A stretch of 37,726 nt of DNA from a virus. Shown piece after piece: positions 1 through 6,907 of this stretch. The position numbers and the translations under genes are program-made. Position 1 is the stretch's first letter. The number at the start of each line of letters is the position of its first letter. The stretch is from positions 1 to 37,726 of the IMG/VR virus record IMGVR_UViG_3300028635_000021; one strand, written 5' to 3'. The notes below the pieces were generated by a model, which was given only the letters and a program-made list of their open reading frames with translations, did not search any database and was not told where the DNA came from.

Positions 1-127
1 AGAAGGTTGACGGTTTCATCCCTCCCCAGCATTTCCCCCAATGGCGTAGCCTTCTGTGCTGGTGCTTTTCCATCAGCAACAGCAAGAGTTTTGAGCTCAG
101 AGGGAGAGGGAGAGGGAGAGGGAGAGG
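1..127. repeat. Terminal direct repeat, copy 1 (identical to 37600..37726). This is the overlap of a circular or terminally redundant assembly; unit length 37,599 bp.
   Basis: Bases 1-127 (agaaggttgacgg...gggagagggagagg) are the same string as the last 127 bases of the window. Confidence 0.95.
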
Positions 128-470
128 CTTCCGTTTGCTCAGGCTTGCTTGCGTTTGCTTCGGTTTGCTTGGATTCTCCACCCTTCTTGCCGGCATCCTT
201 TTTCTTTTGAAGCCAGGTGAAATGATTCTTTGCGCCGACAACGGTCACGAACTCACCATCCACCTTGGCGAACACCGGGATCAAAGCTTCCGGAAACTGC
301 TCTTTAAATTCATCCACGGAGATCCGCTTACCTTTACGGAACTTGTCCTGGCCGAAGCGAATCCAGCGCAGCGCCACCCCCAAGGCTTCGTCGTAACTTT
401 TGATCTTGTCCGCGCCGGTGACCCGGCCAACGTCTACGAAAAATTCGTCTTCAATATTGATTCTTGGCAT
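1..470 (-). CDS. 5-prime part (aa 1-157) of a 264-aa hypothetical protein that wraps around the contig junction and continues at 37599..37275. The N-terminal basic domain is followed by a Lys/Gly-rich stretch and an (SP)4 linker. It may be a DNA-binding or replication-associated protein.
   Basis: ATG at 470-468 follows ggggggaataag. Hand translation MPRINIEDEFFVDVGRV...KKGGESKQTEANASKPEQTEASPSPSPSPSELK... stays open to base 1 and is in frame with ORF 37275..37640 once the 127-bp overlap is collapsed. It is absent from the ORF track only because it has no stop at this end. Confidence 0.7.
   Translation of the reverse strand, partial: MPRINIEDEFFVDVGRVTGADKIKSYDEALGVALRWIRFGQDKFRKGKRISVDEFKEQFPEALIPVFAKVDGEFVTVVGAKNHFTWLQKKKDAGKKGGESKQTEANASKPEQTEASPSPSPSPSELKTLAVADGKAPAQKATPLGEMLGRDETVNL
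99..127. repeat. Hexanucleotide microsatellite (GAGGGA, about 4.7 units) encoding the Ser-Pro linker of the wrapped gene. A second copy lies at 37698..37726 inside the terminal overlap.
   Basis: agagggagagggagagggagagggagagg read directly. It ends exactly where the assembly overlap ends. Confidence 0.9.
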
Positions 471-648
471 CTTATTCCCCCCGGAATACAGCTTCCGCGC
501 ACCGCTGCCTTGAGCGTCTTGCGTCGAAAGTTTGTGCTTTGATTTAAAAGTGGATTTGATAAGCTGTGAGTCCGTCGATTCGAGCAGGGTGCCACCTGTG
601 AATAGTTCCAAGCGGCGGAATCTCCAACACACAAAACATCATCAAAAA

Positions 649-671
649 AATGTACGGAATTTGTACGGCAT
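649..671 (+). repeat. attP arm-type repeat, copy 1 (aATGTACGGAATTTGTACGGCAT). It contains two TGTACGG heptamers.
   Basis: Perfect 23-bp direct repeat with 890..912. The two copies flank the tRNA-like core next to int. Confidence 0.8.
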
Positions 672-793
672 ACTTCGCATATTGGGCGGACTTCGCCGGA
701 CGTGAGCGGACGGCAGTCAGAGGCTAAGTCATTGACGACACTTGCAAACGTGCGAAATGAATGGTCTCTTGATTTTGGTGATTCATCTATCCC

Positions 794-843
794 ACTTTCT
801 TCTAAGCAGTAGGTCGCACGTTCGAGTCGTGCCGGGATCGCCA
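794..843 (+). other. attP core: the 3-prime part of a tRNA gene (anticodon stem-loop, variable loop, T-arm, acceptor 3-prime strand, CCA). The anticodon-loop-like cttCTaa would imply tRNA-Arg(UCU).
   Basis: T-arm gcacg/ttcgagt/cgtgc at 816-832, acceptor strand cgggatc at 833-839, then g and cca at 841-843. The loop cttctaa is at 799-805. No D-arm or proper 5-prime acceptor strand lies upstream, so this is a fragment and not a gene. Confidence 0.7.
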
Positions 844-889
844 AAACTTCCAAACACATACAAGATCTGACCAGTCTAAAAACTCCCTC

Positions 890-912
890 AATGTACGGAA
901 TTTGTACGGCAT
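890..912 (+). repeat. attP arm-type repeat, copy 2.
   Basis: Identical 23-mer to 649..671. It lies 10 bp from the int stop codon. Confidence 0.8.
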
Positions 913-921
913 GGTCTGTCT

Positions 922-1998
922 TCATGTCAGCGTCACCTTGGCGATCTCTGCCTTGAGGTTCTCAGGGAACAGATGCGAGTAGACGCGTTGAACCATTTGA
1001 ATTGAAGTGCCAGCGATCTTCGCAACCGCGAAGGGGTCCACTTTTGCCAGAAGCGCGTGGGTGATAAACGAATGCCGGTGGTCGTAGTTCCGCCCGGCAA
1101 TCCCGGCCGCTACAGACACCCGCTCCCATGGCCCGCGAAAGCCATCCTTTCGCATCGGCTTGGACGGATCGTCTCGGTGCGGGAACAGGAAGGGTGAGTC
1201 ACCACTGGCTGCCAATTGCTGCACAAGTAGGGCCCGGGCGGCAGCATGGATCGGCACCGGTCGCCCGCGCTTGGTCTTCGTGTCGATCTTCTTAAGGCGA
1301 ATCATGTCCGCCGGCAGATCGATCCGGTCCTTGGCGAGTTGGGTAATTTCTGACGGGCGCATTCCCATGTATTGTTCCATGACGGTGAACAGGTGGAAGG
1401 CAAGCCCTTCCTTCGCGGCTTCAGTTCGGATGGCCGCAAGTTTATCCACGGGGAAAGCCTGGCCGATCGATTCTTCTTCGCGCGCCGCTTTGAACTTGGC
1501 ATCGGGATCGAAGAGCTCAGGTTTCTCGGTCATCTTCTTCTTGCGCTTGCACCAAGTCAGGAATGAGGACAAATACTTCCGCATGTTGGCGAACTGGATC
1601 TCCGGGTTTTTGGTGCGCTCGAGTTCAACAAACTCAGGCCAAGCGTCTTCAATCTCCATCAATGATTTGCCAGTGAAGAACGGTAGGAACTTTGTTTTTC
1701 CAAACTGTGTGTATTCGTAAAGGGTCTTTGGTCGGGCGACAGCGGTCTTGTCCCCGGCCTCTTTCGCCTTGAGGAACGCCGGCCATACATCTTCGAACAT
1801 CTCTTTAGGCTTGTGCCAATCGACACCAAGAAGGATGCAGTTCTCAATGTCGTCCGTCATGCGAACGGCGGTGCTGAAGTTCTGAGTGCTGAGAGATTCC
1901 TGCACCACCACGCCACGCTTCTCGAAGCGCGCCCAGTAGAACTTTCCGCGCCGCTTGATACGCGTGTCTTTTGTCGGCTGCCAAACCTTACCGCTCAT
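922..1998 (-). CDS. int: Tyrosine integrase (site-specific recombinase).
   Basis: 358-aa ORF. The C-terminal catalytic signature is ...NYDHRHSFITHALL... (H-x-x-R) and ...MVQRVYSHLF (catalytic Tyr). It is adjacent to xis and the tRNA-like attP. Confidence 0.9.
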   Translation of the reverse strand: MSGKVWQPTKDTRIKRRGKFYWARFEKRGVVVQESLSTQNFSTAVRMTDDIENCILLGVDWHKPKEMFEDVWPAFLKAKEAGDKTAVARPKTLYEYTQFGKTKFLPFFTGKSLMEIEDAWPEFVELERTKNPEIQFANMRKYLSSFLTWCKRKKKMTEKPELFDPDAKFKAAREEESIGQAFPVDKLAAIRTEAAKEGLAFHLFTVMEQYMGMRPSEITQLAKDRIDLPADMIRLKKIDTKTKRGRPVPIHAAARALLVQQLAASGDSPFLFPHRDDPSKPMRKDGFRGPWERVSVAAGIAGRNYDHRHSFITHALLAKVDPFAVAKIAGTSIQMVQRVYSHLFPENLKAEIAKVTLT

Positions 1999-2171
1999 AG
2001 CTTCTTCACGTCTGCCTTGAGTTCGTCGGGAACGAACCTAGTCTTGCGTCCGATCTTGTGATAGCGAATCTTTTTCTTGGCCATCAACTCATAGACTGTG
2101 GACCGCGATACCTTCATGAAGGCAATCGCATCTTCAAGATCCCAAAGAGATTCAATTTTCTTTTCCCCCAC
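1995..2171 (-). CDS. xis: Excisionase / AlpA-MerR-type helix-turn-helix DNA-binding protein (58 aa, GTG start).
   Basis: Hand translation VGEKKIESLWDLEDAIAFMKVSRSTVYELMAKKKIRYHKIGRKTRFVPDELKADVKKL. Its stop overlaps the int ATG (ATGA). It is below the ORF-track size cutoff. Confidence 0.75.
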   Translation of the reverse strand: MGEKKIESLWDLEDAIAFMKVSRSTVYELMAKKKIRYHKIGRKTRFVPDELKADVKKL

Positions 2172-2179
2172 GTGTCCCC

Positions 2180-2383
2180 CTAATTGAGTTTGATCTCAGT
2201 CCATTCGCCCATTGAATTCTTAAACAGCTTTACCCCACGCTCTTTCTCTATGTCCGGAAGAGATCGATCGCCGCTACAGCCCACGCAAGGTGCAACAAAG
2301 TTCATTGGCTGTAAGGTCATCCAGCGCTTTCCATCGCAGAGCCCGCACTCGCCTTGTTCGTTAGTTCCGTACATTAGTTCCAT
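2180..2383 (-). CDS. Small Cys-rich (zinc-ribbon-like) hypothetical protein.
   Basis: 67-aa ORF with C-x-x-C ... C-x-x-C (ECGLCDG ... APCVGCSG). It is packed directly upstream of xis. Confidence 0.55.
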   Translation of the reverse strand: MELMYGTNEQGECGLCDGKRWMTLQPMNFVAPCVGCSGDRSLPDIEKERGVKLFKNSMGEWTEIKLN

Positions 2384-2772
2384 CGATTCCTCTTTCCCTT
2401 TACAATCTGACTAAGGCGCATCTTTACTGCCGGCGAGACGTTCTTGCGTGCAAATGTGAGTGCGCGGCGCAGCCGCCCAACCTCCTTGCGAAGACGCGTC
2501 GAGGCCTGGATGTACTCCTTGAAGATCTGTTCCTTCTCAAGCTTCAGAACTTCGAAAGACTTCTTATCCACAGCTGCGATGTGTTCGCTCATGAACGGGT
2601 TATTTGGATGAGGTCGAACGATGTGGCCAGTCACTCTTGGTTGCATAGCACCCCCATAAAAGAACTCGAGCCCGTCTTGTATTGAAGGAACGCTATTGGA
2701 CAATTGTGGTTTATAGACGGGCTCAAGAAAGTCTCCTTTAAGTGAACGCCTCGAGAGTTTTACAGGACCCAT
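2374..2772 (-). CDS. Hypothetical protein (132 aa).
   Basis: ORF in the operon orientation. It is preceded by the structured untranslated region. Confidence 0.55.
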   Translation of the reverse strand: MGPVKLSRRSLKGDFLEPVYKPQLSNSVPSIQDGLEFFYGGAMQPRVTGHIVRPHPNNPFMSEHIAAVDKKSFEVLKLEKEQIFKEYIQASTRLRKEVGRLRRALTFARKNVSPAVKMRLSQIVKGKRNRWN

Positions 2773-3247
2773 TCCCGCTAAGTTATGGGTGTCCCAAGGC
2801 GCTCACTTAAAGTGCCCCGATTCGTTCGGGGCCGACGCAACCGTATGACGGGCCGGTTGACCTTCGGGTTTAGTTAACGACTTTCCTTCGTCGAGCGCCT
2901 TGATTTATTCAGCCCCGCTATGTCTCACCGACACGCTACTGTGGGTCTTCTACGCTCGCACTCAACCGTTCGACCAATCCGGTAAGGCTTTTCTAAAAGT
3001 CCGAGGCCGGTCGCGACTCCGGCACCCGTCGCTCCACTGCCGTTGAGCGACTCTTGGCAGAATTCACGTGTCTCTAGTGGAATCCTTGGTCAGGTATATT
3101 GGACCGCCAATTCCACAGCTTCCCACGCCGCTCGGACAAAACTTCAAACTCTCAACAACATCAGCACTGCCCATGCAGAGCCGAGAATGCAAACAACACA
3201 AATCAAATTAAATAACCATGCAGCTGCGCTACTCACCCCGACTCTCA
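2773..3247 (-). ncRNA. Candidate structured RNA or long structured leader of unknown class.
   Basis: 475 nt with no ORF of 60 aa or more in the operon strand, inside an otherwise gap-free operon. Several helices are present: 2795-2804/2893-2902 (10 bp), 2828-2835/2909-2916, 3006-3010/3019-3023, 3028-3034/3045-3051 and 3077-3084/3109-3116. Two of these have pairs that are G-U only in the minus-strand transcript. Confidence 0.35.
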
Positions 3248-3589
3248 TCAATCACCCGATGCCATGGCAGTGCGTTCGTCGCGAGCCTTTGCCAAAAGTT
3301 CCGTAATGAACTTTGAATCTGCCTTGCTCAAGTCATTCCGCAAAGTCGCGCGCATATTCTCAACACAGCGAACAAGGTCATCAAAAAGGTTCACGCGTCT
3401 AATCAGTTCATCAACCAACTTCTGATCATCTCTGAATCCTTTGATCTGATAGAACGAAATTAGGGTGCTGCCTTTTGAGTCTTGAATCTTGATCCACTCA
3501 TCCGGAGAAAGCTCCGCGCCAGTGATGCTGCAGAACTTCGGCTTCACTTCATGCACTGATGTTAGCGGTGTCTTGAATGGTTCGCTCAT
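3248..3589 (-). CDS. Hypothetical protein (113 aa).
   Basis: ORF in operon orientation, with a 4-nt overlap with the upstream ORF. Confidence 0.55.
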   Translation of the reverse strand: MSEPFKTPLTSVHEVKPKFCSITGAELSPDEWIKIQDSKGSTLISFYQIKGFRDDQKLVDELIRRVNLFDDLVRCVENMRATLRNDLSKADSKFITELLAKARDERTAMASGD

Positions 3590-3816
3590 GTTCCAATCCT
3601 CCGAATACCTTTGAGCTTTAAAACTTCAATCATCACCGGCTTGAAGTCCGGTTGAAACAAATGGGCAACGGCCTGATCAAGTTCTTTCTGAACTTGAGTG
3701 CGCTCACTTGGTTTCCAATTGCGCGCAATCTCAAGCTGGCCTTCCCAAATCTTCCGGAACTTCGGACACATGTTGGGATGATCGGCTGGGTTACTCACGC
3801 GACTTCCTCGCCACAC
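3586..3816 (-). CDS. Hypothetical protein. The track start is a GTG at 3816; an alternative ATG at 3771 would give 61 aa.
   Basis: ORF in operon orientation. The start is ambiguous because 3795..3816 overlaps the upstream micro-ORF. Confidence 0.5.
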   Translation of the reverse strand: MWRGSRVSNPADHPNMCPKFRKIWEGQLEIARNWKPSERTQVQKELDQAVAHLFQPDFKPVMIEVLKLKGIRRIGT

Positions 3817-3962
3817 TCTTCGCGCTCACAATCGCCGACCGTGTCGCCCTCGAAGTAAACACCACGCCCACAGCATGAACGCCCGACTTCGCAATACTCT
3901 TTGCACACAACGCACATGCCGGACTCACCGATACATGTGTCACACTTTTCTGCTTCACTCAT
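3795..3962 (-). CDS. Cys-rich micro-protein (55 aa, 10 Cys).
   Basis: Hand translation MSEAEKCDTCIGESGMCVVCKEYCEVGRSCCGRGVYFEGDTVGDCEREECGEEVA. Its ATG overlaps the exonuclease stop (ATGA). It is below the ORF-track cutoff. Confidence 0.5.
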   Translation of the reverse strand: MSEAEKCDTCIGESGMCVVCKEYCEVGRSCCGRGVYFEGDTVGDCEREECGEEVA

Positions 3963-4690
3963 GCGCTCACCGAATTGCCTTCAATGATCTTGTTAGTCTC
4001 AGCGATGCGCTTCCATTGGTCGCCATACTTCACGCCAAGGCTTGCAAGCATCTTGTCCATGTCTTCAAGGAATGCAGGGATCTCGTCGTCAAAACGCTTC
4101 TGCACTTCTTCATCGCGAGGAATGGTCACGTACTTCATGGGCTGCGCAAACATGCGCGGATCAGCCTGGCCGAAGTCCCACTCACCTGCATCAAGAACAC
4201 GAATGCAGAATTGAACTTGCTTGTACCATTCCGGCTTAATCTTATCGGCGCACAAGAACTTGATATAGTTTGCGGTCCTATAGGGGCATTTAATCTCAAC
4301 GCCCTTCAGGTCCGTGACAAGACCATCGGGCGAACAGCCTTCACGGAACTTGTCGTCTTTGAATACGAATGTAACGGGCTGAACAGTAAGGCCGGTTTCA
4401 AACTCGTAACCGGCGCGCACGCCTGCCTCATTCTGTTTTCCCCAGCTCAATGCCTTGGCATCGATCTCTTCAATCTCGCTCGTACAAACCTGGCCCACCA
4501 GATCACAGAGATACGTTAGGCGCGTTTCTGAACCAGGCTTGGCAAGAGCATCACCAATCTTGCTTGCTGACAAAACACCAAGCTTTATCCTGAGCCAAGC
4601 CTCAGAGCCTTGTTCCGCGCCAATTGCGGAAATGCCGTATTGCTTTTCAAACTTCGCAAGGAGTGCATCAATCTCAGCCAGCTTCTTCAT
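3959..4690 (-). CDS. YqaJ-type viral recombinase exonuclease (lambda Exo-like PD-(D/E)XK).
   Basis: 243 aa. The N-terminal ...GSEAWLRIKLGVLSASKIGDAL... and central ...GCSPDGLV...GVEIKCP... are typical of the YqaJ family. It lies immediately downstream of RecT. Confidence 0.85.
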   Translation of the reverse strand: MKKLAEIDALLAKFEKQYGISAIGAEQGSEAWLRIKLGVLSASKIGDALAKPGSETRLTYLCDLVGQVCTSEIEEIDAKALSWGKQNEAGVRAGYEFETGLTVQPVTFVFKDDKFREGCSPDGLVTDLKGVEIKCPYRTANYIKFLCADKIKPEWYKQVQFCIRVLDAGEWDFGQADPRMFAQPMKYVTIPRDEEVQKRFDDEIPAFLEDMDKMLASLGVKYGDQWKRIAETNKIIEGNSVSA

Positions 4691-5636
4691 TCACAGTTCC
4701 CTTCTTCTTGCGCGCATTTAGCGCCAAGGCGTTCAACATGTTTTTGGATTGTGTGATCTCGGTGGCGGTCAATTCATCAATCGATCTGATCTCGCGGCGG
4801 TGAGTGGCCACTAAGTAATTCAAATACTTTTCTTCTGAGCGGTCGAGTTCGACCAAGAACTCGCGAATGGTCTTTAGGTCCTTCGCTCTTGCGTCTTCAG
4901 TCGGAGCGGCAATCAAGGCCGGTGCATTCAGGTCAACGCCGTCAGCCTCATCACTTGCGGCCACTGCTTTATCAAGGCGAGTGCGGTCCGTCTTCGGCCA
5001 AGACTTGTAACCACGGCGGATGACCGTCTTCTTGTCCATCTCAACTTCATCCGTAACCCAGGGGCATGTCTTGGAATTGTCGCGAACAAATGCCTTCCAC
5101 GCCTCTGAGCGGTCACGGATTGCATGGATGTCCTTGATTGACATGTAATCCACCAAGTACTCAGCATCCGGAGTCTTGGCGACAACATACGCGCCGACAA
5201 CTTTGCCGCGCTCGCCGAACGGGTTGAACTCATGTTGGGGGGGCGTGTTCAATCCTCTGTGCAGGAACGTATCGTTAGCGCAAACTACTTCGGCCTTCGC
5301 CCAAAGAATTGCCCCTGCATCGGTGGCAAGCTTTACGAGTCCTTGATAAGAAACGTCTAAGCAGATCTTGCCTTTGCGAGGAACCAAGTAGGCAAGCTTC
5401 TCAACGGGCGAGAGCGTGAGTCCAATTGCCGCCACATTCAAGACTGCATCTTTCAATGAATCTTGGTTTGCTGCCGCAACTCGAGTCAGGTACTCGTTCC
5501 CCTTCAAGATCTGCAATGCGTATCCACACTCTTGCGCGAACGTCACAGCGTTGTGGGTTTGCGCAAGCTTGTTGAACTGAGGCTCAAGTCCCTGAACAAT
5601 TTGAGTCACGGAATTGAGGTTGTGTTGCGCGCTCAT
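4674..5636 (-). CDS. recT: RecT-family single-strand annealing protein.
   Basis: ...DAVLNVAAIGLTLSPVEKLAYLVPRKGKICLDVSYQGLVKLA... is RecT-like. The start is placed at Met7 (5636), which overlaps the upstream stop (TAATG). Confidence 0.85.
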   Translation of the reverse strand: MSAQHNLNSVTQIVQGLEPQFNKLAQTHNAVTFAQECGYALQILKGNEYLTRVAAANQDSLKDAVLNVAAIGLTLSPVEKLAYLVPRKGKICLDVSYQGLVKLATDAGAILWAKAEVVCANDTFLHRGLNTPPQHEFNPFGERGKVVGAYVVAKTPDAEYLVDYMSIKDIHAIRDRSEAWKAFVRDNSKTCPWVTDEVEMDKKTVIRRGYKSWPKTDRTRLDKAVAASDEADGVDLNAPALIAAPTEDARAKDLKTIREFLVELDRSEEKYLNYLVATHRREIRSIDELTATEITQSKNMLNALALNARKKKGTVNEEAG

Positions 5637-5887
5637 TAACCGCGCTCCAAACAATGAGTCAGCACGCGCTGAAGTGCTTCGGCAATCTCGGGCTTACCCT
5701 CAGCATCAGCCTTCAAAATCTCGGGTGCGAAACGATTGCGTAGATACTCAGTCATTGCGTCCATCGCGCCACCAACTGGATTAGGTCGGCGAACCTTCAA
5801 GATCATTTGAGTGCACGCCTCGCGAAGGTTCGAAGGCGTACCAGATAAAATCTTCGGAGCCCCTGTCATGTTTCCATCCTCGCGCAC
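5636..5887 (-). CDS. Hypothetical early protein (83 aa).
   Basis: ORF in operon orientation. Confidence 0.5.
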   Translation of the reverse strand: MREDGNMTGAPKILSGTPSNLREACTQMILKVRRPNPVGGAMDAMTEYLRNRFAPEILKADAEGKPEIAEALQRVLTHCLERG

Positions 5888-5944
5888 GAATGCGCCTTGC
5901 GCCCTTGACGGGCGTTCACGTTCAATCTAATTGCCATTCAAATT

Positions 5945-6190
5945 TTAAGAGGCCTTCGCCTTGCCCTTACTCAGGGCTGCAAGCGCGTCTTCAATGATCT
6001 CCATCGTCCGGCGGTGCAAACGACCGGGCGAATATGAACCATTGATAAGACCGCGCGTGGTCGATTCCCCAAGTCCGCCGGTTATCAACGCTAACCAAAC
6101 CGTGCGGTACCCATGTTTCTTAACTGCCTTTGGCACTTCGGCCATGAGTTCTTCACTCGTCATGCTGAGAGAATACGCATTATAGCGCAT
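5945..6190 (-). CDS. First gene of the leftward early operon. Possibly a Cro-like small regulator.
   Basis: 81-aa ORF divergent from the XRE repressor gene. It has a weak HTH-like stretch, WLALITGGLGESTTRGLINGS. Confidence 0.45.
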   Translation of the reverse strand: MRYNAYSLSMTSEELMAEVPKAVKKHGYRTVWLALITGGLGESTTRGLINGSYSPGRLHRRTMEIIEDALAALSKGKAKAS

Positions 6191-6257
6191 GAATTCAACT
6201 GGAATCTTGCGTTTTGGTGCAGTTCACACTGCGCGATAGCGCAAGTAGGCTCAACCA

Positions 6258-6695
6258 GTGCAGATTTATCGATCCCATTTTGGGCAAAAATTAAAAGCCG
6301 CGCGGCAGTCAGCGGGCCTAACTCAGGCAAAGTTCGCCGAGGATAAGCGCGTTGGCGTGGACCCAACTACTGTGTGGCGGTGGGAAAAGGGAGAGGTGTT
6401 TCCTGAGGACTTCAGGATGCCAGGGATCTATCAAGTCCTTGGCGTGAATGAAGCATACTTCAACCCGGCGAGCGCTCCCCCGCGAAAGCTTTCGGCAGCT
6501 CAGAAGCGACAATTAGTTGAGGCTGATCCGACTTCGTGGAGCCACCAGACTGTTGCCCTTCTCCTTGAAGAACTCGCAGCTGCGCCCGAGAAGTTGCGCG
6601 CCGTTTCGCTCGCGTTGCTTTTCCAGAACTGGGATCTGGCTGCAAAGTACAAGAGTGATCTTGCGGGTCTAATGCCCAAGTCAAAAGCGCGTTAA
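6258..6695 (+). CDS. XRE/CI-type HTH repressor without a recognisable S24 autocleavage domain.
   Basis: GTG start. The N-terminal FGQKLKAARQSAGLTQAKFAEDKRVGVDPTTVWRWEKGEVFP matches the HTH_3 pattern. The C-terminus is helical with no Ser/Lys peptidase motif. Confidence 0.8.
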   Translation: MQIYRSHFGQKLKAARQSAGLTQAKFAEDKRVGVDPTTVWRWEKGEVFPEDFRMPGIYQVLGVNEAYFNPASAPPRKLSAAQKRQLVEADPTSWSHQTVALLLEELAAAPEKLRAVSLALLFQNWDLAAKYKSDLAGLMPKSKAR

Positions 6696-6907
6696 ACACG
6701 TCTCGTGGATCCATCATAGTTGCCCCCTTGCAAACCAGCGTACATCCCACAGCAGGGTTTAAATCATTTTAATGTAAACATGACGTTCGATTTACGGACA
6801 TTGCCGGATAAGATCAACACTAATTTCATTAGTGTTCACATATATTAATCGAAGGATTGCACCAGTTTGGCACGCCTTCGCTAAATTGTTCTCGGCCTAT
6901 ATCAAGT

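Noticed and set aside
135-542. 135-aa plus-strand ORF (and 7..210).
   Set aside because: It is antisense to the well-supported junction-spanning gene and partly encoded by the microsatellite.
771-843. Possible complete tRNA gene: gattttg could pair with cgggatc using three G-U pairs.
   Set aside because: No D-arm can be drawn (no GG loop, no 4-bp stem), and the anticodon stem has a mismatch. This is best read as the tRNA 3-prime fragment typical of attP.
434-925. 163-aa minus-strand ORF in the track.
   Set aside because: It spans the attP core, both arm repeats and the tRNA fragment. Its sequence is not protein-like, and the region is better explained as a recombination site.
2909-2916. The minus-strand string GGGGCTGAataaatcaagg... 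resembles the 5-prime end of tmRNA (GGGGCUGA...).
   Set aside because: No matching T-arm or ...CAGC(U/C)CCACCA acceptor 3-prime end lies anywhere in 2773..3247, in either standard or permuted order. The GGGGCTGA instead pairs locally with 2828-2835.
3064-3174. 36-aa minus-strand ORF (MGSADVVESLKFCPSGVGSCGIGGPIYLTKDSTRDT) inside the island.
   Set aside because: It has no ribosome-binding site, and it overlaps the strongest hairpin. It is kept only as an alternative explanation for part of the region.
3043-3306. 87-aa plus-strand ORF inside the ORF-free island.
   Set aside because: It has a TTG start, a low-complexity product (Thr/Asn/Ala/Gln runs) and overlaps the 3-prime end of the minus-strand gene 3248..3589. 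It runs against the direction supported by the G-U pairs.
6460-6750. 96-aa minus-strand ORF (and 6318..6512) opposite the repressor gene.
   Set aside because: It is antisense to a gene with a clear HTH motif, and there is no independent support.
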